DNA from: Anaerolineales bacterium
GTDB lineage: Bacteria; Chloroflexota; Anaerolineae; 4572-78; J111
Direction: 5' to 3'
Length of the DNA: 40,000 nucleotides
Assembly (NCBI GenBank): GCA_015075405.1
Contig: JABTUK010000005.1
Span: forward strand, 773,747-813,746
The stretch's first letter is position 1. Each line of letters opens with the position of its first letter. Below are positions 1-9,039 of this stretch, piece by piece. The position numbers and the translations under genes are program-made. The notes under the pieces were generated by a model, which saw only the letters and a program-made list of their open reading frames with translations, was not told the origin of the DNA and searched no databases.

Positions 1-58
1 GAATGGATGACATGCCTGAGCAGTTACGTTTGATCTTACCCCTAGGTATTTAGACGCC

Positions 59-1024
59 ATGGAAGATTACAAAACAGCCCGGTTAATAAATTCTATCTTA
101 ACTCAATATTACCTGGATGGTAAACGTCAGGCCGATATTGCTCAAGACTTGAACCTGTCTACGCCCAAGGTGAACCGTTTGCTGAAACAGGCCCGTGACC
201 AGGGCTTGGTAGAAATCAAAATTCATACGCCGTACCTTAATAGTTTTGAACTCGAAAAGCGGCTGCTCACCGTTACCGGCCTACAGGATGCCGTGGTTGT
301 CCCCGCGTTGACGGCCGATACCACGTCCCTGCTCCAGACGATTGGCAGTGTGGGCGCTGACTATTTGCTGCGCCACATCCGGGATGGCGATATTATCTGT
401 ATGGGCGGCGGCCGGACGGTAGAGGCCCTGGTTCAGGCGATTCAACCGGAGCGGACCTACGAGGTACAGGTGGTACCGGCGATTGGCGGGGTGCAGGGGA
501 TGCACCATACCAACCTGAATTATCTGGTGGCAGAACTGGCCCGAAGGCTGGGCGGCCAGGCTCATCAACTGCATGCCCCGGCCTTTGTTGACTCGCCAGA
601 GGAGCGAGAGGCGGTGCTGGGTCTGCGCCAGGTAGGTGATATTTTAGCCCTGGCCCGGCAGGCGCGGATTGCCCTGGTTGGTATCGGCGCGGTGACGCCG
701 ATTTCATCCAGCTACTTTCAGTTCACCTCGCTTGAACCCAGCCACATGACCGAAATCGTGGAGCGGGAACAAGGAGTGGGCGAAATTCTGGCCCATATCT
801 ACACCGCCGGCGGCCAACTCTGCGCGTCCGATTACGCCCGGCGGGTGGTGGCGCTCAGCCCCGAAGACCTTAAGAATATCCCTATTACCATCGGCCTGGC
901 GGCTACGGAAAGTAAAATCCTGCCGGTTTACGGCATGGTGAAAGGCAGATTTTTAAACAGGCTTATCACAGACGAGGAAGTGGCAACACGCGTATTAGAA
1001 AAGTTTGAAAAGGGGTGTTCATGA
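59..1024 (+). CDS. SorC/DeoR-family sugar-binding transcriptional regulator
   Basis: 321-aa ORF. N-terminal HTH (GKRQADIAQDLNLSTPKVNRLLKQARDQGLV), then a SorC-type effector domain (ICMGGGRT, VVPAIGG, ALVGIGA). Confidence 0.85.
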   Translation: MEDYKTARLINSILTQYYLDGKRQADIAQDLNLSTPKVNRLLKQARDQGLVEIKIHTPYLNSFELEKRLLTVTGLQDAVVVPALTADTTSLLQTIGSVGADYLLRHIRDGDIICMGGGRTVEALVQAIQPERTYEVQVVPAIGGVQGMHHTNLNYLVAELARRLGGQAHQLHAPAFVDSPEEREAVLGLRQVGDILALARQARIALVGIGAVTPISSSYFQFTSLEPSHMTEIVEREQGVGEILAHIYTAGGQLCASDYARRVVALSPEDLKNIPITIGLAATESKILPVYGMVKGRFLNRLITDEEVATRVLEKFEKGCS

Positions 1025-1051
1025 GCCTGTGGCACACCACCTCTGATGAAA

Positions 1052-1122
1052 ATGAGGCGAGGAGGCGATAACGCGGTGACACGAAGAATATTTCGCCTCA
1101 TCGCCTCACGTGTCATCGCATC
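1052..1122. repeat. Word-type inverted repeat built from GAGGCGA/TCGCCTCA units (family also at 15448-15520 and 19441-19500)
   Basis: gaggcgaggaggcga is complementary to tcgcctcatcgcctc, and gtgacacg to cgtgtcat. It is flanked by a ~40-bp direct duplication (about 1015-1057 and 1137-1177). Confidence 0.6.
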
Positions 1123-1177
1123 TTTATTTTTAGAGGAGTGTTCACGAGCTAGAGCACGCCACCGATAATGAAAATTC

Positions 1178-1261
1178 GCCCTCACCCTAACCCTCTCCCA
1201 CCGGGAGGGGACTCTTGGCTTTCTCCCCTCGCCCTTTGGGAGAGGGGTTGGGGGTGAGGGC
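1178..1261. repeat. ~84-bp imperfect palindrome (GCCCTCACCC..CCCTCTCCCA / TGGGAGAGGGG..GGGTGAGGGC)
   Basis: Left arm gccctcaccctaaccctctccca and right arm tgggagaggggttgggggtgagggc are reverse complements. Lies just upstream of the E1 gene RBS. Confidence 0.7.
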
Positions 1262-1285
1262 TATTTACGAAGGAGCAATCTATCT

Positions 1286-3364
1286 ATGACTCAACCAACC
1301 ATGACCATTGAAAGAGAGCAGACAGTTGACCTGCCGGCGGAAAAACTGGTCAACATGTTATACCAAATGTACCTCATCCGCACCTTTGAGGAGGCGGCTT
1401 TTGAGCAGTACGCCGCCGGAAATGTCCACGGGACCATGCACCTGTGCAGCGGCGAAGAAGCCGCCGCGGTAGGCGCGATTGCCGCTCTGCGCCCGGATGA
1501 TTTGATTACCTCCACCCACCGGGGACACGGCCATGCCATTGCCAAGGGGCAAAATATCAATGATATGATGGCCGAACTGCTGGGCAAAGAAACCGGCGTT
1601 TGTTTGGGCCGGGGCGGTTCGATGCACATGGCCGACCTCACTTTGGGCAGTTTGGGGGCCAACGGCGTCGTCTCTGGCGGGATACCCCTGGCGGTGGGGG
1701 CCGGTTTGAGCAGTAAGTTACAGGGCTTGGACCGGGTGGTGGTTTGCTTTTTTGGCGATGGCGCGACCAATACCGCCAATTTTCACGAAAGCCTGAATAT
1801 GGCCTCCATTTGGAAATTGCCGGTCATCTTTGTGTGCGAAAATAACCAGTACGCCATGTCCATGTCCGTCAAACGCTCCCTGTCCGTAGCGCACGTGGCC
1901 GACCGGGCGGTGGCTTACGGTATGCCCGGCCACACGGTTGACGGAATGGACACCCTTGCCTCTTATGAGGCCGTCAAAGAGGCCGTAGCCCGAGCCAGGC
2001 GCGGCGAAGGCCCTTCGCTGGTGGAGCTGGTCACTTACCGTTACCTGGGCCATTCCAAGAGCGATAAGCAGGTCTACCGCACCAAGGAAGAAGTCAAAGA
2101 ATGGATGGAGCGTGACCCGATTCCCCGCTATCAAAACTGGTTGATCAATCATGGGTATCTCGGGGAGGCTGAAGGTCAGGCGTTAAAAGAAAAAGCCGAG
2201 ACCGAGATTCAAAATGCTATCGAATATGCCCTCGTTCAGCCCGAACCGGCCGTCTCAGATTTAACCAAGTATGTCTATTATGAAGAGCCGGAGGTTCTGG
2301 CAAACCCAACCCAGGTTTTACCCCGCTGGATTCAAGAGACCTTTGGCCCGCAAACGCCGATCAATCCGCCGCCCGGCACGCGCGAAATCAGCTATGCCGA
2401 AGCGCTGCGCGAGGCGATGGCCCTGGCCCTGGAACATGATCATCGGGTGTTTATGCTGGGCGAAGATATCGGGGCCTACGGCGGTGCGTTTGGCGTTACC
2501 GGGGACTTGGTTAACCGCTTTGGCCCGGAACGGGTCCGCGATACACCGATTTCCGAAAATAATATTGCCGGCACGGCCATTGGGGCCGGGATGACCGGCA
2601 TGCGGGCTATTGCCGAGATGCAGTTTATGGATTTTGTGACCCTCTCGATGGAGCAGATTGTGCTGCAAGGGGCCAAAATCCGCTATATGTTTGGCGGCAA
2701 AGCCCACGTTTCGATGGTCATGCGCCTTCCGGCCGGCTCAGGCACCGGCGCGGCGGCCCAGCACTCCGAGAGCCTGGAAGCCTGGTTTATCAATGTGCCG
2801 GGGGTGAGGGTGGTCATGCCCAGCACCCCCTATGACGCCAAGGGCCTCCTGCTGGCCGCCATCGCCGATAACAACCCGATTATGTTTGTCGAGAGCAAGC
2901 TGCTGTATAAAACCAAGGGCGTTGTGCCGGATGAACCTTACATTATTCCGCTGGGACAGGCCGATATTAAGCGCAGCGGAACCGACCTGACCATCGTTGC
3001 CATTGGCGTGATGGTCCCCCGCGCCCTGGAAGCGGCGGCACAGTTGGCCAAAGAAGGGATCGAGGTGGAAGTGATTGACCCGCGCACGCTCAAGCCCTAC
3101 GATGAAGCCACCATCACCGCCTCGGTCAAGAAAACGGGCCGGCTGGTCGTCGTCCACGAAGCCCCGCTGGTGGGCGGCTTTGGCGGCGAAATCGCGGCGA
3201 TGATCGGCCAGAGTGAGGCCTTTGCTTACCTGGAAGCGCCGATTGTCCGCCTGGGTGGGGCCGACGTGCCTGTGCCGTACAACCGCACCCTGGAGCGGGC
3301 GATGGTCCCGCAGGTGGAAAATATCGTCGAAGCGGCCCGCAAGCTCGTTAAATATCAAATCTGA
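1286..3364 (+). CDS. Fused E1 alpha/beta subunit of a thiamine-diphosphate-dependent 2-oxoacid (pyruvate/acetoin/branched-chain type) dehydrogenase
   Basis: 692-aa ORF with RBS aaggag upstream. The N-terminal half has the E1-alpha TPP motif ([36 protein letters not shown]). The C-terminal half is E1-beta-like ([30 protein letters not shown]). Confidence 0.9.
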   Translation: MTQPTMTIEREQTVDLPAEKLVNMLYQMYLIRTFEEAAFEQYAAGNVHGTMHLCSGEEAAAVGAIAALRPDDLITSTHRGHGHAIAKGQNINDMMAELLGKETGVCLGRGGSMHMADLTLGSLGANGVVSGGIPLAVGAGLSSKLQGLDRVVVCFFGDGATNTANFHESLNMASIWKLPVIFVCENNQYAMSMSVKRSLSVAHVADRAVAYGMPGHTVDGMDTLASYEAVKEAVARARRGEGPSLVELVTYRYLGHSKSDKQVYRTKEEVKEWMERDPIPRYQNWLINHGYLGEAEGQALKEKAETEIQNAIEYALVQPEPAVSDLTKYVYYEEPEVLANPTQVLPRWIQETFGPQTPINPPPGTREISYAEALREAMALALEHDHRVFMLGEDIGAYGGAFGVTGDLVNRFGPERVRDTPISENNIAGTAIGAGMTGMRAIAEMQFMDFVTLSMEQIVLQGAKIRYMFGGKAHVSMVMRLPAGSGTGAAAQHSESLEAWFINVPGVRVVMPSTPYDAKGLLLAAIADNNPIMFVESKLLYKTKGVVPDEPYIIPLGQADIKRSGTDLTIVAIGVMVPRALEAAAQLAKEGIEVEVIDPRTLKPYDEATITASVKKTGRLVVVHEAPLVGGFGGEIAAMIGQSEAFAYLEAPIVRLGGADVPVPYNRTLERAMVPQVENIVEAARKLVKYQI

Positions 3365-3378
3365 CGGGATGATACAAC

Positions 3379-4734
3379 ATGGCTAAACAAGTAATCATGC
3401 CCAAATTTGAAATGGCCCAGGAGACCGGCGCCGTGGCCCGCTGGCTCAAAAATGAAGGCGACACGGTGGAAAAAGGGGAGCCGCTGCTGGAGATTGAAAC
3501 CGACAAGGTCACGATGGAAGTCGAAGCTCCGGCGGCCGGCATCTTGGCCGGGATCAAGGCCGGCCCCGGCGACGTGGTGCCCATCGGTCAGGTCATCGCC
3601 TATTTGCTCAAGCCGGGCGAGGTCCTGCCGGGTGAGAGTCCGGCCCAATCTGCGACCGTCGTAGCAGCACCCCAGCCGGTCGCCTCGGCTGCCGAGAGCC
3701 AGGTCAAGGCGACGCCCCTGGCCCAGCGCATCGCCGCAGCGCACCATCTCAATCTGCAATCCGTCTCCCCCGGCGCGTCCGGCGAGCGGGTCAGAGGGGC
3801 CGATGTGACGGGTTACCTGGGGAGCCAGGCAGTCCCACCCGGCAAAATTCGGGCGGTCCCGGCAGCCCGGCGGCTGGCCCGTGAGTTGCAGCTTGACCTG
3901 CAAGCTGTGAGCGGCAGCGGACCGGGCGGCCGCATCCAATCGGCAGATGTTCGGCAGGCGGCGGCAGCAGCGGTCCAGCCCTCTGTCCCAACACCCCCCC
4001 CGGTCGAGCCGCAGCCTGCGCCGGTGGTTAGCTCCGCCGGACAGCCGGCCCTGCGGCGGACCGTCCCCCTGAGCAGCATGCGCCGCACCATCGCCGAGCG
4101 GCTGACGTCCGCCGCCCGCGATATTCCGCAGTTTACCGTCAGCCTGGAGGTCGAGATGAGCCGGGCGCAGCAAATGGTAGACGACACGCGGGCCGCCGGT
4201 TCCGAGGGGCCGCGCGTCACCCTGACGGCGCTGCTGGTGAAAGCCTGCGCCTGGGTGCTGGCCCGCCAGCCGGAGGTCAATGCCTCGTTCAACGGGGACA
4301 GCATTCTGGAATGGGCCGAGGTCAATATCGGGGTGGCGGTGGCGGTTGAGGCCGGCCTGATCGTGCCGGTGATTTTCGGGGCCGACCGCCTGAGCCTGGC
4401 CGACATCGCCGCCCAACTCAATGATCTCGGCGCCCGCGCCCGCGAAGGCAAACTGCGGCCCGAAGAGCTGCGCGGCGGCACTTTTACCATCTCCAACCTG
4501 GGCATGTTCGGCGTGGAGACCTTTACCGCGATCATCAACCCGCCCCAGGCCGCCATTCTGGCCGTGGGCCGCACGGTGAAGCGGGCCATTGTGACCGAGG
4601 ACGAGCAGATTGTGGTCAAGCCTATGGCCAGCTTCACCCTCACCGCCGATCATCGGGTCATTGACGGGGCTATCGCCGGGCGATTTTTGGCCGCGTTGAA
4701 GCAGGCCCTTGAAAGGCCGGGGCTGCTTTTGTGA
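3379..4734 (+). CDS. Dihydrolipoamide acyltransferase (E2) with one lipoyl domain and two peripheral-subunit-binding domains
   Basis: Lipoyl-lysine motif [12 protein letters not shown]. Two PSBD-like segments ([19 protein letters not shown].. and [33 protein letters not shown]). Catalytic motif DHRVIDG near the C-terminus. Confidence 0.9.
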   Translation: MAKQVIMPKFEMAQETGAVARWLKNEGDTVEKGEPLLEIETDKVTMEVEAPAAGILAGIKAGPGDVVPIGQVIAYLLKPGEVLPGESPAQSATVVAAPQPVASAAESQVKATPLAQRIAAAHHLNLQSVSPGASGERVRGADVTGYLGSQAVPPGKIRAVPAARRLARELQLDLQAVSGSGPGGRIQSADVRQAAAAAVQPSVPTPPPVEPQPAPVVSSAGQPALRRTVPLSSMRRTIAERLTSAARDIPQFTVSLEVEMSRAQQMVDDTRAAGSEGPRVTLTALLVKACAWVLARQPEVNASFNGDSILEWAEVNIGVAVAVEAGLIVPVIFGADRLSLADIAAQLNDLGARAREGKLRPEELRGGTFTISNLGMFGVETFTAIINPPQAAILAVGRTVKRAIVTEDEQIVVKPMASFTLTADHRVIDGAIAGRFLAALKQALERPGLLL

Positions 4735-4780
4735 AAGAAGATACCTGGCTGACTTCAGCCGGTGCGCCTTCTTTTGAGTC

Positions 4781-4853
4781 CACAGATAGACACAGATTAC
4801 CACAGATAATTTTTAAAGTTTTATTTTTTATCTGGGCCTATCTGTGTTCATCT
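4781..4853. repeat. Word-type imperfect inverted repeat (CACAGATnnn x3 / TATCTGnnnn) between convergent genes; possible bidirectional terminator
   Basis: cacagatagacacagattaccacagataa ... ttatctgggcctatctgtgttcatct with an AT-rich loop. Lies between the E2 stop (4734) and the molybdoenzyme stop (4865). Confidence 0.5.
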
Positions 4854-4864
4854 AAAGTCCCATA

Positions 4865-7240
4865 TCACGGACCCAGTGCCCCCGCCTCAACCATGGCCAG
4901 ATAAACTTTTTCGGCGGTAAAGGGGGGTGAACCCACTCGTATGCCAATAGCATCATAGATAGCGTTGGCGATAGCCGGGATGGTGGGCACCATGGGATGC
5001 TCGCCAACCCCGCGCGCCCCAAAGGGACCGTCATCCTGCGGCACTTCGACCAAGATGGAGTCAATTTGGGGCGGCGCGTCGGCGCTGGTGGCAATGCGAT
5101 AATCCACAAAGCTGGGGTTTTGCAGCACCCCGCCCTTGAATTGCAGACTTTCAAACAGGGCTGTGCTCATCCCCTGGACAAATCCGCCTTCGACCTGGGC
5201 TTTGGCTAACTCCGGGTTGATGGCTTTTCCCAAATCAAACGCCGCAGCCGCCCGCAGAATTTCGATTTTGCCGGTCTCCAGGTCTACTTCCAATTCGACC
5301 GCCTGAGCGCCGGTGGTGTAGTGCACGACGGCCCGCTCACCCTGGCCGGTTTCAAAATCCAGGCCGGTCACATAAGTGGGCATAAAATTGCCTCGACCCA
5401 CAATCGGCCCGCCGATCCAGCCGCTGGCGTTGGGCTTGGGCAGACCATAAATCACAATATCTTTGAGCGAGATAGTTTCTTCACTTTTAAAGGAAACAAC
5501 CTCACCGTTGATAATGTCCAAATCTTCAGGCTGCTCATTCCAGGCCTGGGCTACCACGTTGAGAATTTGCTCGCGGGCATCGCGGGCGGCATTGACCACC
5601 GCATTGCCCATGCTCCAGGTCAAACGGCTGGCGACGGTTTGCCATTCATAAGGGCTGTATTGGGTGTCCACCGGCCCGGCAATCCGAATCCACTCGTAGG
5701 GCACGCCGAGGGTGGCCGCGGCCATTTGGGCCATGACCGTAAAGGTCCCCTGCCCAATCTCCTGTCCCCCGACAGCCAGCGTCACCGTGCCATCCTCGTT
5801 CAATTCGATGACGGCGCTGGAGCCGGGGTTGGGCGGCATAGCCGGCGCTTTCCACATAAGGGCAATGCCCTTGCCGCGCCGCTTGGTGGGCGAACTGGCC
5901 GGCGCTTTGTGCTCCCAGCGAATCGCTTCGGCCACTTTATCAATGCACTCCGGCAGGCCGGTGGGGTGCATCTTGCTGCCGGTGACGACAATACTGCCCG
6001 TTTTGAGGCAGTTGAGCCGGCGGAACTGCACCGGGTCCAGCTTGATTTCGCGGGCCAGTTCGTCAATGCACTGCTCCAACCCGGCGTGAAGTTCCGGCAT
6101 ACCAAAGCCGCGCATGGCCCCTCCGACCGGATGATTGGTGTAGACGCACATACTGTCGGTTTTGACGTTTGGAATTTCATAAGGGCCGCTGCTGCTATAG
6201 CCGCCGGCGCGGGTGATATTGACCCCATACTCGGTCGAAGCGCCGCCATCCCAGTACATGGTGTTTTCCATGGCCAATAGTTTACCCTGGGCATCACAGC
6301 CAATCTTAATTTTTGAAACCAACCCCTGCCGGACAAAAGCGGTATAAAATTCCTCTTCGCGGGTCAGTAAAAGCTTGACCGGCCTGCCTTTGGTTTTCAT
6401 AGCAATGGCTACAGCCAGGGCCTCCATGCTGACCCCGGCCTTACAGCCAAAGCCGCCGCCCACATACGGGGCGATGACGCGCATATCACTCTGGGAGATA
6501 CCCAACGATTTGGCAATGAGATTGCGCTGGGCAAACGGCGATTGGGAACTACTCCACAGGGTAATTTTGCCCTGCTCATCCATTTTGGCTACCGCCACGT
6601 GCGGTTCGAGGGGAACATGCTGCACGTGCGGAATGTGGTACTTGTGTTCAACGATGGCGGCGCATTGCGACCAGGCGCTGTCGGGGTCGCCCTTGCGAAT
6701 TTTGAAGTGGTTGGAGATGTTGGTGCCGGGCCTGGGGAAGATGAAAGGCACGACTTCGTAATTACCCAAGTCGGGATGGATGAGCGGCGCTTCAGGGCTG
6801 GCCCCAAATTCGGGGTCGAGCACCGGCTCCAGCAGTTCATACTCTATCTTGATCAATTCGACGGCCTTTTCGGCCACCGCTTCGCTGATGGCGGCCACCC
6901 CGGCTACCGCCTCGCCGACGTAGCGGACACGGTCGCGGGCAAAAATGTAGCGGTCTTTCAGATACAGGCCAATAAAACCGGGGAAATCCTCGCCGGTGAC
7001 AACGGCTTTGACCCCCGGCAAGGCTTTGGCCCGGCTGATGTCAATAGATTTAATCAGGGCGTGGGGGTGGGGACTGCGTTTGATGCGAGCGTACAGCAGC
7101 CCCGGCCCAAACTGCAAATCATCGGTGAACTGGGCCGCGCCGGTCACTTTTTCATGGCTGTCGAGGCGCGGTACGCTGGCCCCAATGAGGTCGGGTGTTT
7201 TTTCGGTCATGGTTTCTTTAACAAGCATAGCTGTCTCCAT
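4865..7240 (-). CDS. Xanthine dehydrogenase/aldehyde oxidase-family molybdopterin-binding large subunit
   Basis: 791-aa ORF. N-terminal IGASVPRLDSHEKVTGAAQFTDD. Later GGGFGCK, GQGTFT and GVGEHPMVP motifs typical of CoxL/XdhB-type Moco subunits. The second ATG at 7228 has a better GGAGA spacing and may be the true start. Confidence 0.9.
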   Translation of the reverse strand: METAMLVKETMTEKTPDLIGASVPRLDSHEKVTGAAQFTDDLQFGPGLLYARIKRSPHPHALIKSIDISRAKALPGVKAVVTGEDFPGFIGLYLKDRYIFARDRVRYVGEAVAGVAAISEAVAEKAVELIKIEYELLEPVLDPEFGASPEAPLIHPDLGNYEVVPFIFPRPGTNISNHFKIRKGDPDSAWSQCAAIVEHKYHIPHVQHVPLEPHVAVAKMDEQGKITLWSSSQSPFAQRNLIAKSLGISQSDMRVIAPYVGGGFGCKAGVSMEALAVAIAMKTKGRPVKLLLTREEEFYTAFVRQGLVSKIKIGCDAQGKLLAMENTMYWDGGASTEYGVNITRAGGYSSSGPYEIPNVKTDSMCVYTNHPVGGAMRGFGMPELHAGLEQCIDELAREIKLDPVQFRRLNCLKTGSIVVTGSKMHPTGLPECIDKVAEAIRWEHKAPASSPTKRRGKGIALMWKAPAMPPNPGSSAVIELNEDGTVTLAVGGQEIGQGTFTVMAQMAAATLGVPYEWIRIAGPVDTQYSPYEWQTVASRLTWSMGNAVVNAARDAREQILNVVAQAWNEQPEDLDIINGEVVSFKSEETISLKDIVIYGLPKPNASGWIGGPIVGRGNFMPTYVTGLDFETGQGERAVVHYTTGAQAVELEVDLETGKIEILRAAAAFDLGKAINPELAKAQVEGGFVQGMSTALFESLQFKGGVLQNPSFVDYRIATSADAPPQIDSILVEVPQDDGPFGARGVGEHPMVPTIPAIANAIYDAIGIRVGSPPFTAEKVYLAMVEAGALGP

Positions 7241-7246
7241 AAGAAA

Positions 7247-7432
7247 CGTGTTGCGTCTTGCGTCTTTTGTGAATAACAGGACTTACGCGGTTAGTATTGA
7301 AAATGGCGTAATTCAGAGCAGAATCTACAAAATTAAGGAATTTTTATTCTTTCATTCCGAAAATTCTGCTCTTTATCTTGGTCAACTGTGTAAGTCCAAT
7401 AAGTAACGGAAGACGCAACACGCAAGACGCAA
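7247..7432. repeat. Nested inverted repeat in the intra-operon spacer: heptamer-word arms (TTGCGTC x2 / GACGCAA x3) enclosing an AT-rich inner hairpin
   Basis: cgtgttgcgtcttgcgtctt (7247-7266) is complementary to aagacgcaacacgcaagacgcaa (7410-7432). Inner pair is agagcagaat / attctgctct. Confidence 0.6.
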
Positions 7433-7440
7433 TACATGTT

Positions 7441-7923
7441 CTAAACTGCCCCAACTTTCTGCTGTTCTGCCGCCGCTTTGACCGCCTCGATGATGCGGAG
7501 ATAGCCGGTGCAGCGGCACAGATTGCCGACCAGCGCATCTCGAATCTCATAGTCGCTGGGTTGAGGGTTGCGGTTGAGTAGGGCCTGGGCTGAAATTAAT
7601 ACACCCGGCGTGCAAAAACCACACTGCACCCCGCCCTGAGCGATAATCGCTTCCTGGATGGGGCTGAGGTGGCTGTTTTGGGCCAGCCCTTCTACAGTGG
7701 TAATTTCGGTCCCGTCACACTCGACCGCCAGCACAATGCAGCTATTAACTGGCTCGCCGTTCAGCATCACGGTGCAAGCCCCACATTCCCCGGCGGTGCA
7801 ACCGTTTTTTGTCCCGGTCAAGACCAATTTCTCGCGCAGCATTTGCAGCAAGGTCATATTCGAGGGGACATCTACAATTTCAGTCTCGTTGTTGATGGTT
7901 ACGGTAATTCGGTGAAATGCCAT
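7441..7923 (-). CDS. (2Fe-2S)-binding small subunit of the XDH-family enzyme
   Basis: 160-aa ORF with both [2Fe-2S] cysteine clusters (GCTAGECGACTV and CGFCTPG...CRCTGY). Confidence 0.9.
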   Translation of the reverse strand: MAFHRITVTINNETEIVDVPSNMTLLQMLREKLVLTGTKNGCTAGECGACTVMLNGEPVNSCIVLAVECDGTEITTVEGLAQNSHLSPIQEAIIAQGGVQCGFCTPGVLISAQALLNRNPQPSDYEIRDALVGNLCRCTGYLRIIEAVKAAAEQQKVGAV

Positions 7924-7941
7924 AGTATTCTCCGGTAAGAA

Positions 7942-8018
7942 GGTAGACAGTAGTCGGTAGACGGTAGACGGGGAGAAGAAAATTAACCCCTGTCTGCTGT
8001 TTACTGTTTACCGTCTAC
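7942..8018. repeat. Heptamer-word inverted repeat (GGTAGAC-type arm / CTGTTTA-CCGTCTA arm)
   Basis: ggtagacagtagtcggtagacggtagacgggg ... cccctgtctgctgtttactgtttaccgtctac. The right arm overlaps the 3' end of the FAD-subunit ORF. Confidence 0.55.
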
Positions 8019-8904
8019 TTATTTTCTCCCATACTTCGGTGATTGCCCTTTTGGTCAAATTTCTGACCATGAACTTGCGGTAGCGGGCGCTGCCGCGGAC
8101 GTCGTCAATGGGGGCGCAGGCGTTCATCGCGGCCTCGGCGGCCTCAGCGATAACGGCCTCGGTGATGGGATTCTCGGCCAAAATCGTTTGAACCTGAGCA
8201 GGGACAAACGGCGTCGGCGCAACCGAAGCCAGGGCCAGCCGGAAAGAATAACCCGATGGCGTGCTGCTATCCGGGTAGCCCAGGGCGGTCACGCCAACAA
8301 TGGCCAGGTCGCCAATGGCATTGCGGCCCAGTTTAATGTAGCGGGCGGCGTAATTTTGCGGTGGCAGCGGGAAGACAATCGCCGTAACAATATCGCCCGG
8401 TTTCAAAACGGTTCTGCCGGGACCCACAAAAAAGGCGCTCAATGGCTCGCGGCGGACGCCATCTACCCCGTGAACCTGGAGTGAGGCATTCAAAACCAGG
8501 CACGGGCCAATGGTATCGCCGGCCGGCGAGGCATTGCAGATATTACCGGCCAGGGTAGCCCGCGTCCGCAATTGATAACTGGCAACGGTATGAGCCGCTT
8601 CGGCCAAAACCGGGTAATATTCTCTCACCTCAGGCGAGGCGACGACTCGATTCATATTGACCGAGGCGCCGATGGTCAGCCCGGCGGTTGGGTCGAAGCT
8701 GAGTTGGCTCATGCCATCCAGGTTTTTTACATCTACAAGATATTTCTCTTTCCAAAAGCCGTCACGCATGCGCACAAACGTGTCTGTTCCCCCCATAAAA
8801 GGGCGGGCCTCGCCCGCGTGTTGGGCCAGAAACTGGCTGGCTTCGGCCAATGAGGCCGGTTTCAGGTAATCGAACTCAGGAAGTCCGGGGGTTGGATTGG
8901 GCAT
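8008..8904 (-). CDS. FAD-binding medium subunit (CoxM/XdhA-like) of the XDH-family enzyme
   Basis: 298-aa ORF. FAD_binding_5-like N-terminus (FDYLKPASLAEA...MGGTDTFVRMR) and a CO-dehydrogenase flavoprotein C-terminal-like tail (DDVRGSARYRKFM). Confidence 0.85.
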   Translation of the reverse strand: MPNPTPGLPEFDYLKPASLAEASQFLAQHAGEARPFMGGTDTFVRMRDGFWKEKYLVDVKNLDGMSQLSFDPTAGLTIGASVNMNRVVASPEVREYYPVLAEAAHTVASYQLRTRATLAGNICNASPAGDTIGPCLVLNASLQVHGVDGVRREPLSAFFVGPGRTVLKPGDIVTAIVFPLPPQNYAARYIKLGRNAIGDLAIVGVTALGYPDSSTPSGYSFRLALASVAPTPFVPAQVQTILAENPITEAVIAEAAEAAMNACAPIDDVRGSARYRKFMVRNLTKRAITEVWEKISRR

Positions 8905-8966
8905 AGGATATGACCTCCTTATTTTGATCGTATCGTCTTATTACTGTTAATACCAGCTATTTTTCT

Positions 8967-9026
8967 GATGCGTGATGCGTGAAACGTGACTTGGAATGTT
9001 TTTATGCATCACGTATCACGCATCAC
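8967..9026. repeat. Heptamer-word hairpin (GATGCGT x2-3 / ACGCATC)
   Basis: gatgcgtgatgcgtgaaacgtga ... atgcatcacgtatcacgcatcac. Lies between the permease stop and the FAD-subunit start. Confidence 0.6.
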
Positions 9027-9039
9027 TATAATTTTTAGC

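Noticed and set aside
3355-4803. 482-aa ORF antisense to the E2 gene. Similar long antisense or alternate-frame ORFs occur at 1291-1779(-), 2738-3358(-), 5321-6280(+), 6542-7276(+), 14242-14958(-), 17864-18682(-), 21708-22301(-), 31314-31784(-) and 33912-34460(-).
   Set aside because: All lie fully within ORFs that carry clear family motifs on the other strand or frame. Their translations are Arg/Gly/Pro/Ala-rich low-complexity sequence typical of stop-poor alternate frames in GC-rich DNA. None has a convincing RBS.
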